The notes under the pieces: generated by a model
Databases searched by the model: none
Seen by the model: the letters and a program-made list of their open reading frames with translations, nothing else
Told to the model about the DNA's origin: nothing
From: Octopus sinensis
Taxonomy: Eukaryota
Length of the DNA stretch: 64,000 bases
Assembly (NCBI RefSeq): GCF_006345805.1
Contig: NC_043010.1
Coordinates: forward strand, 22,816,001-22,880,000
Direction of reading: 5' to 3'
Made by a program: the position numbers and the translations under genes
In this document: positions 1-12,041 of the stretch, in pieces
Numbering within the stretch: the first letter of the stretch is position 1
Layout: each line of letters opens with the position of its first letter

Positions 1-972
1 TTCTCCACGACAGCCGTCAGCCTTTTTGCTAACACCTTGGCCAAAATCTTAAACTCTACATTAAGTAGAGTTATGGGCCTATAATTACTAATACTGTCCC
101 CCTTGTTCGGGTCTTTCTGGACAAGCGTCACAACTCCCCAACTCACAGAGCTGGGAATCCTCCCATTCTGTTGCCAGTTTGCATAGACGCTTGCCAGTAT
201 GTCCCCGAACAAGTCCGGCATAAAACAATAAAATTCATAGGGCAGACCATCCAACCCCGGCGACTTTTCCCCGGCGCACTCGGCCATAACCCTTCTTACC
301 TCCGCGGGAGAGATCGATCCTTCACAGCACTCCGCCTCACCTGCCGAGAGCCGTGGCCCACCAGCTAGGAAGTCTTTTAAGGTCTCCCCACGCTCGAGCG
401 GACCACCGCCTCCAAACAGCCGTGCGAAATGCTGGTGAAGGACCTTCTGCATCTCCTCCTGTCCATAGATCTTGCGGTCCTGCTAAGGACATAATACAGG
501 ACATAATACAGGACTTTTTGCCCTTCTGACTCTCCCCACGACGGGCCCATCCGGCAACGTTAATACCTTCTCGTTTTCCTGCACGTAACTTAGCTCTGAC
601 TCTACACCCCTCATGCTTGGCGTTGAGGTGACGGTACAATACCGCTCTCGCTGCCAACACTCCGGATGCACAGCCAGATTCCATAGCCTCGTCTAAGTTC
701 TTAACTAATTCGCCCTCTATTCTAGTCCTATCTAAACTTAGCTGCTTGCTAAATCTAATGGACTCCAAACGGATGGCTCTTTTGAGGGCGATCCACCATC
801 TATTACTAATGATGGCGCCACATAATGCCCTCTGTACTAATTCCTTAATCCGGGTACGGAAAGCTTCACAAGTCAAAATAGACTTGTTCATTTTCCAGTA
901 CCTGGGACCTTGTCTATGGCATTTATCTACCTGTACTTCACACGTCACAAGTTTGTGATCGGTGTAAGGCAC
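1..972 (-). pseudogene. ORF2 linker and start of the reverse transcriptase of the Tx1-like LINE
   Basis: 337-972 contains DHKLV..GPRYWKMNKSIL. Manual translation of 137->1 gives GVVTLVQKDPNKGDSISNYRPITLLNVEFKILAKVLAKRL, the start of the RT domain. A 12-nt in-frame tandem duplication lies at about 486-514. Confidence 0.9.
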
Positions 973-1014
973 AACAGAGAATTGTGGACAGCTAACACTA
1001 TTCCTATCTCGTTC

Positions 1015-1623
1015 CTAAACAAATACTCTATCTATGTACGATCTGCGTGAGCCGTCGTTATTACTCCACGTCCACTGTGGAACGTTCGGCTCATCCAGTC
1101 GAAAACGGTCTACTAGATTAAAGCTCGCTAGTAGAGCCTTGAGGCCAGGATTCCCCTTCCTATCGCTCGAGCCTACACCATCCACCCGCGCATCGAGAAT
1201 GGTGTTGAAATCCCCTACCAAGACTACCATTTTGGACGTCACTAGAAAGTGCTCCAGTTCCCGGAAAAGAACGGTCTGCCCACGTCCATTAGGAGCGTAG
1301 ACAGCCACCAACCTGAAGGACTGCTTACTCACGTGCGTCACATCTAGGACAACGAGCCTACCTTCTGGGTCCAGAAAGACAATACTTACCTGTAAGTCCA
1401 AGTTCTTCCTGAAAAGAACTGCCACGCCTGCACCTCCCTCCCGGCTAGGAGAAATAAATTTCTCGTAACCATTGAGAAGTGGTGAGAACGCTTGGGGTCC
1501 TTTCATCTTGGACTCGGTAACAATAGCTACATCGATTCTATGTGAAATGAGGTCGTCCCGAAAACAAGCCTGTTTCCATTTCGATCCCATTCCACGCACA
1601 TTTATACAACCTAACTTAATCAT
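1015..1623 (-). pseudogene. ORF2 N-terminal apurinic-like (APE) endonuclease domain of the Tx1-like LINE
   Basis: Motifs GCINVRG, AIVTESK, AVYAP, VLVGDFN, WTW and SYIDRVFV. Confidence 0.92.
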
Positions 1624-2078
1624 CGAAAAAAATAAAATTATTTACTCACGGTTGCGAGAGGGAGCCTGACAGATTCCTTCTGCCTGTCTCCCCGCCACTC
1701 GCCGTTGCTGCTGGGCGTTTCACCGGCGTTGCCACCGGGCTCTGGGCTGGTGTGGCTGCCGGGCTGACGTATAATTTCCCAGTTGTCACCTGCTGGGAGA
1801 CATCCTTAATGAAGCCGGCTTTTACGAGGTCTTGTAAGATTTTTCCTTTCCATCCTTCTTCGCTGACCCTTGCATATCGCCACTCCGCTTCCTTCTCGGT
1901 CGCTTTATAGTACCTGATCTGCGTACTTGCTTGCACAAATTTTACTGCTCTCTCGTTCCTTGTGGTGTATGCTATAATTTTTTCATTGGGTTTAAACCCT
2001 TTTACAGTTGGGGGGGGGGGGTTGTTAAAGTGCTGGCCTATAGATGTAGTACCGCCGGGGTGGGATTGGAGAATACTT

Positions 2079-3212
2079 TTAATTTGTTCGTCTGCGTTGT
2101 TTTTTTTTTGTTACGGGTGGGGAGTCAGGGGTGATGGATTTTTTCCTTTTGTTCGACACGTTCGTGAATTCCATCTCTTCTTGTATATTTGTTTTTGTTG
2201 TATTAATTTCCTCCTCCTTTCCTTTGTCATTTTGCATTTCGTTCTTGTCTTCCTCCTTTTTGGAGTTCGACCTGTTTTTTTTTTCCTCCTTGCTTTCGCC
2301 AGTCGTTACTTTGTTCTCCACTTTGCTGCTTTCTGCGTTCTTCACAGCGTTTTTTTTTTTGGGGGGGGGGGCGTTGCCCGTATTATTTTTCTTTGTGCAA
2401 ACGGAGCGAACGTGGCCCTTTTGCCCGCATTTAAAACATCTGGGCCTGCGTCCTTCCACCGAAACTCGTATGGAGTGCCCCTCCCCCACGAAGACTCTGT
2501 CTGGTAGGCTTTCCAACGTCGCATTTTCCGCCTGGATTATCATCTCCAGCTGCTGGCCTCTCCAGTGTTTTGCAATTTTCCTCTTCATACTCAAAATTCT
2601 CAATTTTGATTCAACATCAAAAATGACCGCTGTTGCCGCCCATATCACGTCGTAGCCCCTTGGTATATCTTCTAGGGTCACTTTTGCTGTTCTGCACCCT
2701 AAATATAAGGGTAGCAGTATTATATTTTCGTTTTTCAACGTTTGCGTTGAAATTTGCTTTGCTTCTTCCGCCGTCTCAAAATGCGCCTCCACTGTAGCGC
2801 TTCTTGCACATAGGTTGACATGACAAACTTTATTCCATATTGGTGCCATACACTTTTCGACCATTTCGTTTTTTACGTCGGTCATTCGTTTTTCTTTTAT
2901 ATTGTACACTTTATAGGTGACCATTTTTTCCCTTATTGCCTGTATAGTCTCAGGGGGCGGTACCAATCGTGTTTCTTCACCAATTTTTTGCACTAGCGGT
3001 CTGAACTTGAATAGTCTTTCCATTGACACCTCCATTTCTTCCACTTCGCCAACTACGGCGTCTGAAAGACTGGGTTTTGCCTGTGTTTCCTTTTGTTTAA
3101 CAGTTGTTATACCTTCTCCCATCTCGGGAAAGTCTATTTTTGAACTTAAGTCTAATTCCATATTAGACAACACAAACTTGCCACAAATGACAACAGAATT
3201 TTTTTTTTTCAA
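2079..3212 (-). pseudogene. Tx1-type ORF1 (gag-like nucleic-acid-binding protein)
   Basis: 377-aa ORF with the zinc knuckle CFKCGQKGHVRSVC (CX2CX4HX4C) followed by a K/E-rich low-complexity tract. It probably continues, after a homopolymer frameshift near 2100, into the 1646-1936 ORF. Confidence 0.8.
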
Positions 3213-3402
3213 AAATAATGTATACAGGTTAAGAGTTCACACAGAAATTTTCTACCCCGAAGGGCGAAAATTACTGGGTCAAAAACAGTTCAACAATTAT
3301 ATTACGTGTAACACAACAAAGTAGACAAACGGAAACGAACTCACACAACGATTTGCAGCAACAGAAAAATATTTGATATACTCCGAGGAAAAATTCAAAA
3401 AA

Positions 3403-3634
3403 CACCGGTTTTCGATGAAGGGATGTCCCAATGCAAATACTTTTATCGTTTTTCCAGTAACTTTTTGTCACTGATCTCCAAAAACTGTATGCAAGCAATA
3501 ATAAATCTCTGAACGAGGTATAAACGGTAACTGCACGGCAATGTGAGGTATACTTGCCATCTCAATATGGCTAACCACTAAGGAAAAAAGATAAAAGTAT
3601 TTGCATTGGGACATCCCTCCAACGAAAACCGGTG
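3403..3634. repeat. 53-bp inverted repeat pair (3403-3455 / 3582-3634)
   Basis: Arms align as reverse complements with 3 mismatches. Confidence 0.9.
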
Positions 3635-3757
3635 ATTGTCGTACGCCGACGACATGTCAATACATAGAAACTGCAGTCCGTGCGTATCACTTAGGCTGAC
3701 GAGGGAGGGATGACCTCTCTTTGCGAATACCATAAGGGCACAGAAAGTGTGCCTAAA

Positions 3758-3835
<78 letters not shown>

Positions 3836-3872
3836 GGGGCACCGCCATTTGATGTTGCTACATGATTTTACT

Positions 3873-6800
3873 TCACGAATGCTTTTTAGCAAATGCCATC
3901 TGGTGGATGAGAGAGTTCGATGCAGCTGCCCTCATCTGCATCTCCTGCCGTGAAGTTGGTTCATCTGGGACACCTGACAAGAAGAGATCCAGTTTCATTT
4001 TAAAGACATCTGCATCCACCCCATGCAGGTCTCTTAGGTTTTTCGGGAGGATATTGAAGAGCTGTGGGCCTCTGAAGCCCAGGCTATCACAATATCTTGT
4101 CCTACATCGTGATGGCAAATTTGGAGTCCTTGACACTATGCAGTGGCGCCCAGTTCTGGCATTTGTGTAACTCTCGATGCCAAAGTTTGGGACAAGTCCT
4201 TCTAGTATAGATGTATAGATGTATAGTATATATGTATAGATGTATATTATAGATATATAGATGTATATTATAGATGTATAGATGTACATTATGGCATATC
4301 TTCCTCGCCTACGCTCTAAGGAATAGAGTCTCAATCTCTTGAGTCTTTCCCAATAGCTTATATGCTGCACAGAGGCTATCTTCTTCGTGTAGTTCGTTGG
4401 ATCGCCTCAAGTTCTGTGATTAACTTGACACTGGATGGTGACCATAGCTGAGAGCAATAGTCAAAGTGGCTTAGGACAAGTGTCCTCCTGAGGACCATCA
4501 TGGTTTCCTGGTCTCTTGCTCTAAAGGTTCTAAGAATACATCCGGTCAGCCGCCTACATTTCATTGCCAATTTAGCAACATGCACATGAAATGTTGTATC
4601 ATCGCTCATGTAAATACCCAGGTCTCGCACTGATTGTGCCTCTGGGATTGCAATCCCTCCAGGTCCAGTGTATTTATTGGGTATTGCATTTAGTTTTGCA
4701 TGCTGATAGTATAAAGCTTGAAACTTTTCAGCATTGAACTGCATGCTATTCTTTTCAGCCCACTTGTATATTTTGTCCAGCTCACATTGCAGGTGCTTAG
4801 TGTCTTCAGGGTTCTGTATTGCCTGTGAAACTTTTGTATCATCTGCATAACTTGTGATCGTGGCTCTCTGCGTGGCTGAGGGCATGTCTGAGAGGGCCAT
4901 TATGAACAGTAGTGGTCCCAGAACAGTGCCTTGCGGAACACCGCTCACTATTTGCGTGTTAAAGTCAGGCTACTACCACCTGACTTCTATCGTTCAGAAA
5001 GTCATGAAGCCATTCTCCCAATGTTCCAACTATGCTAAGATCACGCAGTTTGTGACATATCATTCCATGATCGACTTTATCAAAGGCCTTTGCAAAGTCG
5101 AGATATATGACTTTCACATTTGAATGGTTGAGAAGTCGTTTCAGCACCCAGTGTTGTAGAAGCTGAGTTAAGCAGCTTCTTCCTGGTCGGAATCCATGTT
5201 GGGTATCAGGCAGCAAGTCATTTTCTTCAAGGAAGGTGATCAGTTTCCTTCTGACTATTCGTTCCATGACCTTGCTGAAGTGTGAGGTCAGAGAGATAGG
5301 TCTGTAGTTCTTGGCCTCCGCTCTGCTACCTCCTTCAGTTTTCGTGGAAGTATGCCAGTTGCAAGGAAGCTCTGAAAGAGGAACTGCAGTGGTCTTGCTA
5401 GGACTCTCTTACATACTTTTAGAAGGATTGCTGGGAATCCATCGGGGCCAGTAGCTGAGTTTGTTTTCATTTCATCAATAGCCTTTATTACATCGTCTTC
5501 CTTTATATTGATGTAATCAATCATCGCTGCCTCTGATTTTATATCTGCAGTGGTAAAGAAGTCAGTTGGATTGCTGACTTGAAAATGCCCTAGGGGTGGA
5601 GTGAAAATACTCTTGAATTGCTCATTTAGTATTTCACTTACCCTCATTGGATTTCCTGTGAGTGTGCCATCCTTTTCAGGGAGTGGCCCTATCCTACAGT
5701 GCACCGTAGCTGTTTCTTTGGCATACCTGTAGAAAGCTCTGGGGTTAGATTTTATGTTGTCTATAGCCCAGGCTTCTTTTGTCTGCTCTTTCCTTTTCAT
5801 GGGAGGGTTGCAGACATTTTTCAATTTCCAACAGTTTTATTTTCAGGCGGGACTTTTCACTGCTTTCAATTTGTTTGTTTAGGCGATTTGAAACTTTTGT
5901 ACGCCGTCTCATTAGAATTTTCCTCTCTCTGGGGATTTTGATCTTGTGTACAGTGGCTTTTCTCTCTAGGACACATTTGTAGCATATGGCTTGCATTACA
6001 GACATGAATTGTTGAAGTTTCATGTCGATGTCTGGCGAGGAGAGACATTCAGTCCAGTTTTGTTTGAGGATCTCTTTCTCAATTTGTTTCCAGTTTGCCT
6101 TATGGAAGTTCAAGCTGGAAAGATTCTGAGAGTTTCTTGTAGGCTGCATGTTCATGCTTTCCTTTGGTCCGTACATGGTCAGCTCTACCATGTTGTGATC
6201 CGAGAGTAGTGTCGGCGTCACTTTCACATTATGGATGAGATCCATATTATTTGTGAAGCAGAGATCCAGTATGTTACCTGCCCTGGTTGGTTGGAGTATT
6301 ACTTGCTCCATGTACAGAGTGTTGATGAGGTTCAGGAGGGACCTCGCCTGTCCTCGTTCACATCGTGTCATTCCTGGGAGAGAAAGGCCCTCGGGCCATC
6401 TGACATTGGGTAGATTGAAGTCTCCCATAAGAAGTACACTTATGTGTTGTTCTAGTGTGACTAGAACTTCTTCTATTTTTATAAGGCAGTCTTCAAACTT
6501 GCCTACATGGCTTGGGGCATCTGGAGGGCGATATGTAGCACATATAACTACACCAAGTTGCCTTATATGTACAATTAGTGTGTCACACACCGAATTTGAG
6601 TATGACAAAAGGACCTGGGGTATGAGGCCCTCACGGATGTACATAGCAACTCCTCCATGACTTTTTTCTTTTCTGTCAGTCCGTAGTACAACATACTGTG
6701 GTATGTGTATTTCTGCATCTGCTATGTCCGGTTTCAGGTGTGTTTCCGTAAGTGCTATGCATAAGGCTTGATTGCATGCAACAAAGTCTCTCAAGAACGG

Positions 6801-6980
6801 GATTTTTGTCCTATTACTGAGTGTTAGCAGGAGCATCGAGGTGAGGTGAATACTGTTGCCGGCGGTGTCCACCTTGGGTCTATTTGCTGTGGTGGTCTTG
6901 TGTATTGTGGATAGTCCCATCTGCGAGTTTGAGTTTGATGGAGCCAGGTTAGCTGCTGTACAATCTTTTGTGCCATGCAC
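3873..6980 (-). pseudogene. CR1-type ORF2 (APE endonuclease + reverse transcriptase), broken into 5 ORFs
   Basis: APE motifs ALTETHL, LMGDFNLP, ILDLCF, SDHN. RT motifs GPDG, QHGFRPGRSCLTQLL, YLDFAKAFDKVDH, GVPQGTVLGPLLF, YADD. C-terminal SLERRR..FKMKLD..L motif. Confidence 0.93.
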
Positions 6981-7555
6981 AAAAAAGATTCTTGTTCAGC
7001 AGCTGCCCTTTCAATAACATGTTGGCGGTTTGTAGCATGCACCACATCTGCGTACCTCCGTTTTGGGGCAGGTGGTGCGTGGTCCATTCCTTTTCCTTTT
7101 GGTAGTTGGTTTCTGACCTGTTTCGTGTTTATGTGGCAGGGTCTTTGATGTGCAAAACGGCAGCCTGCACCTTCCTCTCCATGCCAGCAGACACCTTTCA
7201 GGTGGAATTTACACATTCGTGTGCGCTGTCTGTTTCTATCCTTTTTGGTACATGGATAGTCAGGTTTGCTTCTATCCTTGGCTGTTTCATCTTTTGGTTT
7301 TGTTTGAGTTTTAGTTTTTCCTTCTTTGGCTGTTTCGTCTTTTGTTTTTCTTTTAGTTTTGCCTCCTTTTATTTCTTTTTTGGCTCTTTCATCTCCATGG
7401 TTTTGGCTTTGGCTTTTGGTGCTGGTAGGAGCACTTGTACTTGGGTTTACTTCCCAATATATAATATAAATATACATATAAACATACACAGATACATATG
7501 CATATACACGCACACATACATATAATATATAACTCTGAAACCTGCACTCTAACAT
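6824..7555 (-). pseudogene. CR1-type ORF1 with a CCCH zinc finger
   Basis: CKFHLKGVCWHGEEGAGCRFAH (C-x7-C-x8-C-x3-H) after a K/T/E-rich tract, immediately upstream of ORF2. Confidence 0.65.
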
Positions 7556-7879
7556 CTCTCAAAATGTTTACTGGTTACTCCCTATGCTCCAAGATCATAA
7601 TTCTAAGATGTATGACGAGATAACTGAAAGTAACCTCATTAATTTCTTAATTATTGTACGGACCTACATAATCTTTTATATGTACAAAACCTAAGCGTAA
7701 GTGGAAGAAATGGCTCCACTAGCTATTGAAACGATTGTAACATTTAATAAAGCTGTATAAAGCCATGATCTCTGTCTCCGCTGCTGTTTACTTTTATAGT
7801 CGACAAAAGTCACCAAGTACCTAGTTAGTGATTTTCCTTGTATTTATGCATAAGATATATATAAATATATTTATACATT

Positions 7880-8210
7880 GTTTCCCAACCTCATGGTTCC
7901 GGGTTCAGTCCCACTGCGTGGCACCATCGGCACGTGTCTATAAATTCGGGCCTTGTGTGTAGATTTGATAGGCGGTCACTGAAAGAAGACCCTCGTATAT
8001 ATATGTCTGCCTTTGTGTCTGTGATTGCCAACCACCACCGCTTGACAACAACCGGTGTTGGTGTGTTTATGTCTCCGTAACATGGCGGTTTACAAAAAGA
8101 GAACGATAGAAAAGTACTCTATTAAAAAAATAAGTTCAATTAAAACCCTACAAGGTGTTGATTCTGCATGGCCGCAGACATATGACTGAAATAAGTAAAA
8201 ATCAAAAGAT
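7880..8210 (+). mobile_element. SINE family A copy (octopus-type tRNA-derived SINE)
   Basis: Matches the in-window family core CATGGTTCCGGGTTCAGTCCCACTGCGTGGCACC...GCTTGACAACC...CCGTAAC. Confidence 0.8.
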
Positions 8211-8270
8211 ATATATATATATATACACATAGACACACACACACACGCACATATATATATATAGAGAGAG

Positions 8271-8321
<51 letters not shown>

Positions 8322-8382
8322 TGTGATATGATATGCAAATAAGAAATAAGAATGATAAAAGAAAATATGTCATGCATTTCAT

Positions 8383-8466
8383 TAGCCTACGGCTGTTTCT
8401 GCTATAAGATGCAATGCACTCATAGTTGAATGCATGTGCGTCCCCTTGTAGCTTCATCGGAGCTTC
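8383..8466 (-). ncRNA. Hammerhead ribozyme-like motif, long stem II
   Basis: Minus strand AGCU-CCGAUGA-A-GCUACAAG...CUUAUAGC-A-GAAA-CAGCCG-UA-GGCU. Core has U4C, and stem I is 4 bp. Confidence 0.55.
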
Positions 8467-8491
8467 AAGCATATACAATGTCGTTAATTCG

Positions 8492-8968
8492 TATACAATA
8501 TCATTAAAGGAAGAAATTCAAAATCTTACAGCTGTTTCTGGAATATCCCCGAGTATGGGATATTCCGTCATCAGAGACAAATAGGGAGAATGAGAATGGT
8601 ATATATCAATAAAATGATATGTTCGCGTCTTTTTCTTGGGATATCTTCTATATCAGGACCTTAACCCACATGGATACACGCAGGATTGCACCTACAGATT
8701 TACACTCATGGATCTCAGCGGGATTGCACCCAAGGACTCATGCTTTGGTGTCTATAACTTCGGAAATTTGAACTATGAAATTTTATGCCTCTTTTTTCTT
8801 CTCTCTTCCATCACCTTATTCTTTTACTCTCTACCTCTATGCTGTCATCTTAATATATACCATTCTCATTTTCCATATTTTTGCCTGATAACGGAATATC
8901 CCATACTCGAGGACATCCCAGAAACAGCTGTAAGATTTTGGATTTCTGTCTGTAATAATATTGTATAT
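8492..8968 (+). mobile_element. 5'-truncated Penelope-like element end with an inverted pLTR copy upstream
   Basis: About 115-bp inverted arms (8492-8607 / 8853-8968). Between them 8643-8674 reads IFYIRTL and, after a frameshift, PHG, like the PLE C-terminus LIFLLQTLTPHGLN at 38770. A decayed HHR (CUGAUAA) lies at 8885-8932. Confidence 0.65.
8520..8577 (-). ncRNA. Minimal type I hammerhead ribozyme-like motif
   Basis: Minus strand UCU-CUGAUGA-C-GGAAUAUCCC(AUACUCG)GGGAUAUUCC-A-GAAA-CAGCUG-UA-AGA: 10-bp stem II, palindromic stem III and a GUA site. Confidence 0.75.
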
Positions 8969-9059
8969 GACTTAGGATGTTTGCCATGCCTTACTGTTTG
9001 ATGTCCTGTTTAACAACTACATATATATATATATATATATATAATATATATATATATAT

Positions 9060-9163
<104 letters not shown>

Positions 9164-9228
9164 GTAGAAGGGATTAAAAGAGCATTACATATATGAATAA
9201 ATAATATATATATATATATATAATATAT

Positions 9229-9260
<32 letters not shown>

Positions 9261-9273
9261 GTGTGTGTATGTG

Positions 9274-9337
<64 letters not shown>

Positions 9338-9421
9338 ATATAAAAGTAAATAATATAAAAGTAAATAGATGAAGTACCGTTTTGGCGTTCAGATGTATGT
9401 ATATATATATATATATATGCA

Positions 9422-9476
<55 letters not shown>

Positions 9477-9478
9477 GC

Positions 9479-9542
<64 letters not shown>

Positions 9543-9561
9543 CTCTCTCTCTCTCTCTCTC

Positions 9562-9596
<35 letters not shown>

Positions 9597-10554
9597 TTCT
9601 CATATATCATATGCCAATGACGTGATCAGCGACATATACAAAAGTGTGAGAAGTTACCAAGAGTAATTTTAACATGGCACTAAATAAGTATGCACAACTT
9701 CAATATTAAATACTTTTGTTTTTCGCTTGGGCGCACATCTAGATACGCACACATACACACATATATATATTCATACATACATATATATATATACGAACTA
9801 TATGCATATGTATATATATATATATACATACGGATATATGTGTGCATGTCTGTGTGTGTATATATACATATGTATATGTATGTGTGTGTTTATGTATATA
9901 TTTAAATTCATATTGTTATGGAAACATATTTTCTATACATATATATGTATATAGTTATGTATGTATATACGCGTCTATGCGCGTGCGCATGTACACGTCT
10001 GTGCCTGTGTGTGCCTGTGTGTGCCTGTGTGTTTGTGTTTGTCTGTGGTTGTGTGTGTGCATGTAATGTAGGAATATTTAACCAAGATATAGACAACTTC
10101 GCAATCGCTCTCCGAAAACATCAGCCGTTCTGGACGATTAGTCATCTTTCGATTCTTTGCATCAAATACCAAGAGGACAGCGATAACCAATGTGGAGATA
10201 TTTCTTAAAGAGTTACACAACCTTTCCTTATGCAAAACAACAGAGAAACAGGCTTTCCAGTGTTTCTAAAAGCCGAACATATTCATGTATATTGGGACAT
10301 GTGACGTTATCGCTACACTGTTTCGCGAAGACGGATCGTGCATATTGTGACCTTTGGCGTTACGGATCGATCGCCTTAAACAAGTGGGAACTGGATAAAG
10401 CCATCGATTTCTCTGGTAATTTATGCTATTCTTTGCTTATTGTATTAAGTAATTCCCGTGATGGGCTGTGTAGTATGTGTGTGCGCGTGTGTAGATATAT
10501 GTAGTGTATATATGTATATATATGCGTGTATATATGTGTGTGCTTGTGTGTTTT

Positions 10555-10762
10555 TTTATATCTTTTATCTTCTATCTATTAGAGTGTGTCCATGCTGGGG
10601 CACCGCCTTGAAGAATTTTTAGTTGAATGAATCGACGCGAATATTTACTTTTTTAAAAGCACGGTACTTATTCTAGTGGTCTCTTATGCCGACCCACTAA
10701 GTTACGGGGATTGAAACACACCGGTTGTCAAACCACCGCCCAAAAAATCCAAACACACACAC

Positions 10763-10795
<33 letters not shown>

Positions 10796-10940
10796 TGTAT
10801 GTATGTATGTATGTATGTATGTACGTACATACGTACGGCGGGCTTCTTTCAGTTTCCGTCTACCAAATCTACTCGCAAGGCTTTGGTCTGCCTGAGGCTA
10901 TAGTAGAAGACACTTGTCTAAGGACTGAACTCGGAATCAT
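10555..10940 (-). mobile_element. SINE family A copy with internal (TATG)n
   Basis: Reverse complement of the family A consensus. Confidence 0.8.
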
Positions 10941-11092
10941 ATACTTATATAAATATAGATTTCTTGGAGGAATTGTGGATCTCGAAGTAATTAAATCTTT
11001 AAATAATAACGTGTAAATATTCGTAAAAACCATTTGGATCTAAAAGGTAGAAATCTGGACGCCAACAATATATTTGTGTATATACTAATAAA

Positions 11093-11467
11093 TCGTGGCC
11101 AGTGGTTAAGGCAGCGGACTCGTGGTCATAGGATCACGGTTTCGATTCCCAGACCGGGCGTTGTGAGTGTTTATGGAACGCAAACACCTAAAGCTCCACG
11201 AGGCTCCGGCGAGGGGTAGTGAAGAACCCTGCTGTACTGTTTACCCACAACTTTCTCTCACTCTTTCTTCCTGTTTCTGTTGTACCTGTTTTTCAAAGAA
11301 CCAGCCTTGTGACACTCTGTGTCACGCTGAATTTCTCCCGAGAACTACGTTAAGGGTATACGAGTCTGTGGAGTGCTCAGCCACTTGCACTTTAATTTCA
11401 CGAGCAGGCTGTTCCATTGATCGGATCAACTGGAACCCTCGTCGTCATAACCGACGGAGTGCCACCA
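11093..11467 (+). mobile_element. SINE family C copy (tRNA-derived head)
   Basis: A box TGGCCAGTGG, B box GGTTTCGATTCC and core AAGCTCCACGAGGCTCCGGC...CTTTCTCTCACTCTTTCTT shared with 19913-20388 and 48501. Confidence 0.8.
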
Positions 11468-11874
11468 ATAAATATATATATATATATATATCACTAGTGT
11501 AGTATATCATATTACGGGTGTTTTTAGCACCATGTGTGATATCAGGAATTATGGCGTACATACATTAATTATAATTTAATTTTTATCAAACTTCTTAGCG
11601 ATGATATAAAATGATGAAATGAATATTAATTTTCGCAGAAAATATATTTATTACCTTTAAAATAAAATTTTAAAAATAAAATTTCTCGCTTCTCTAACTC
11701 TTTCTCTCATAACTCCTCTCTTAGTTACTCATCATCCTTCTCTTCAATCACTGTGTAGCGTTCATTTACTCGTTACTACAGGAGACCATATAGAGACCGC
11801 CATTTTGGTACTTTTCATGACATGTGGTTCACTAAAACTTTTTATGATCAGCAAAATGTATGAGAATCTGTGGA

Positions 11875-11995
11875 TCTGTGATAAGGCGTTAGCTTCCCAA
11901 CCACATGGTTCTGTGTTCAGTACCACTGCGTGCCACCTTGGGCAAGTATCTTCTGCTATAGCCTCAGGCCGACCCAAACCGAAGCCTGTCGTATA
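11875..11995 (+). mobile_element. SINE family A 5' half
   Basis: CCACATGGTTC..CACTGCGTGCCACCTTGGGCAAGT..TATAGCCTC. Confidence 0.75.
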
Positions 11996-12010
11996 TGTAT
12001 ATATATACAT

Positions 12011-12041
<31 letters not shown>

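Larger units (their letters stand above)
1..3400 (-). mobile_element. Tx1/L1-clade non-LTR retrotransposon, frameshifted; 3' part runs off the window start
   Basis: Minus strand shows ORF1 with a CCHC knuckle, then APE endonuclease, linker and RT start in LINE order. The 5' boundary is approximate. Confidence 0.88.
3497..7800 (-). mobile_element. Near full-length CR1/Jockey-group LINE, decayed
   Basis: ORF1 plus APE-RT ORF2 fragments in order. The 3' UTR ends ...CAGAGATTTATTATT on the minus strand at 3497. The 5' limit is approximate. Confidence 0.9.

Noticed and set aside
10080-10480. Unique-looking segment as a host exon
   Set aside because: No frame gave a recognisable motif, and no convincing splice-site pair was found.
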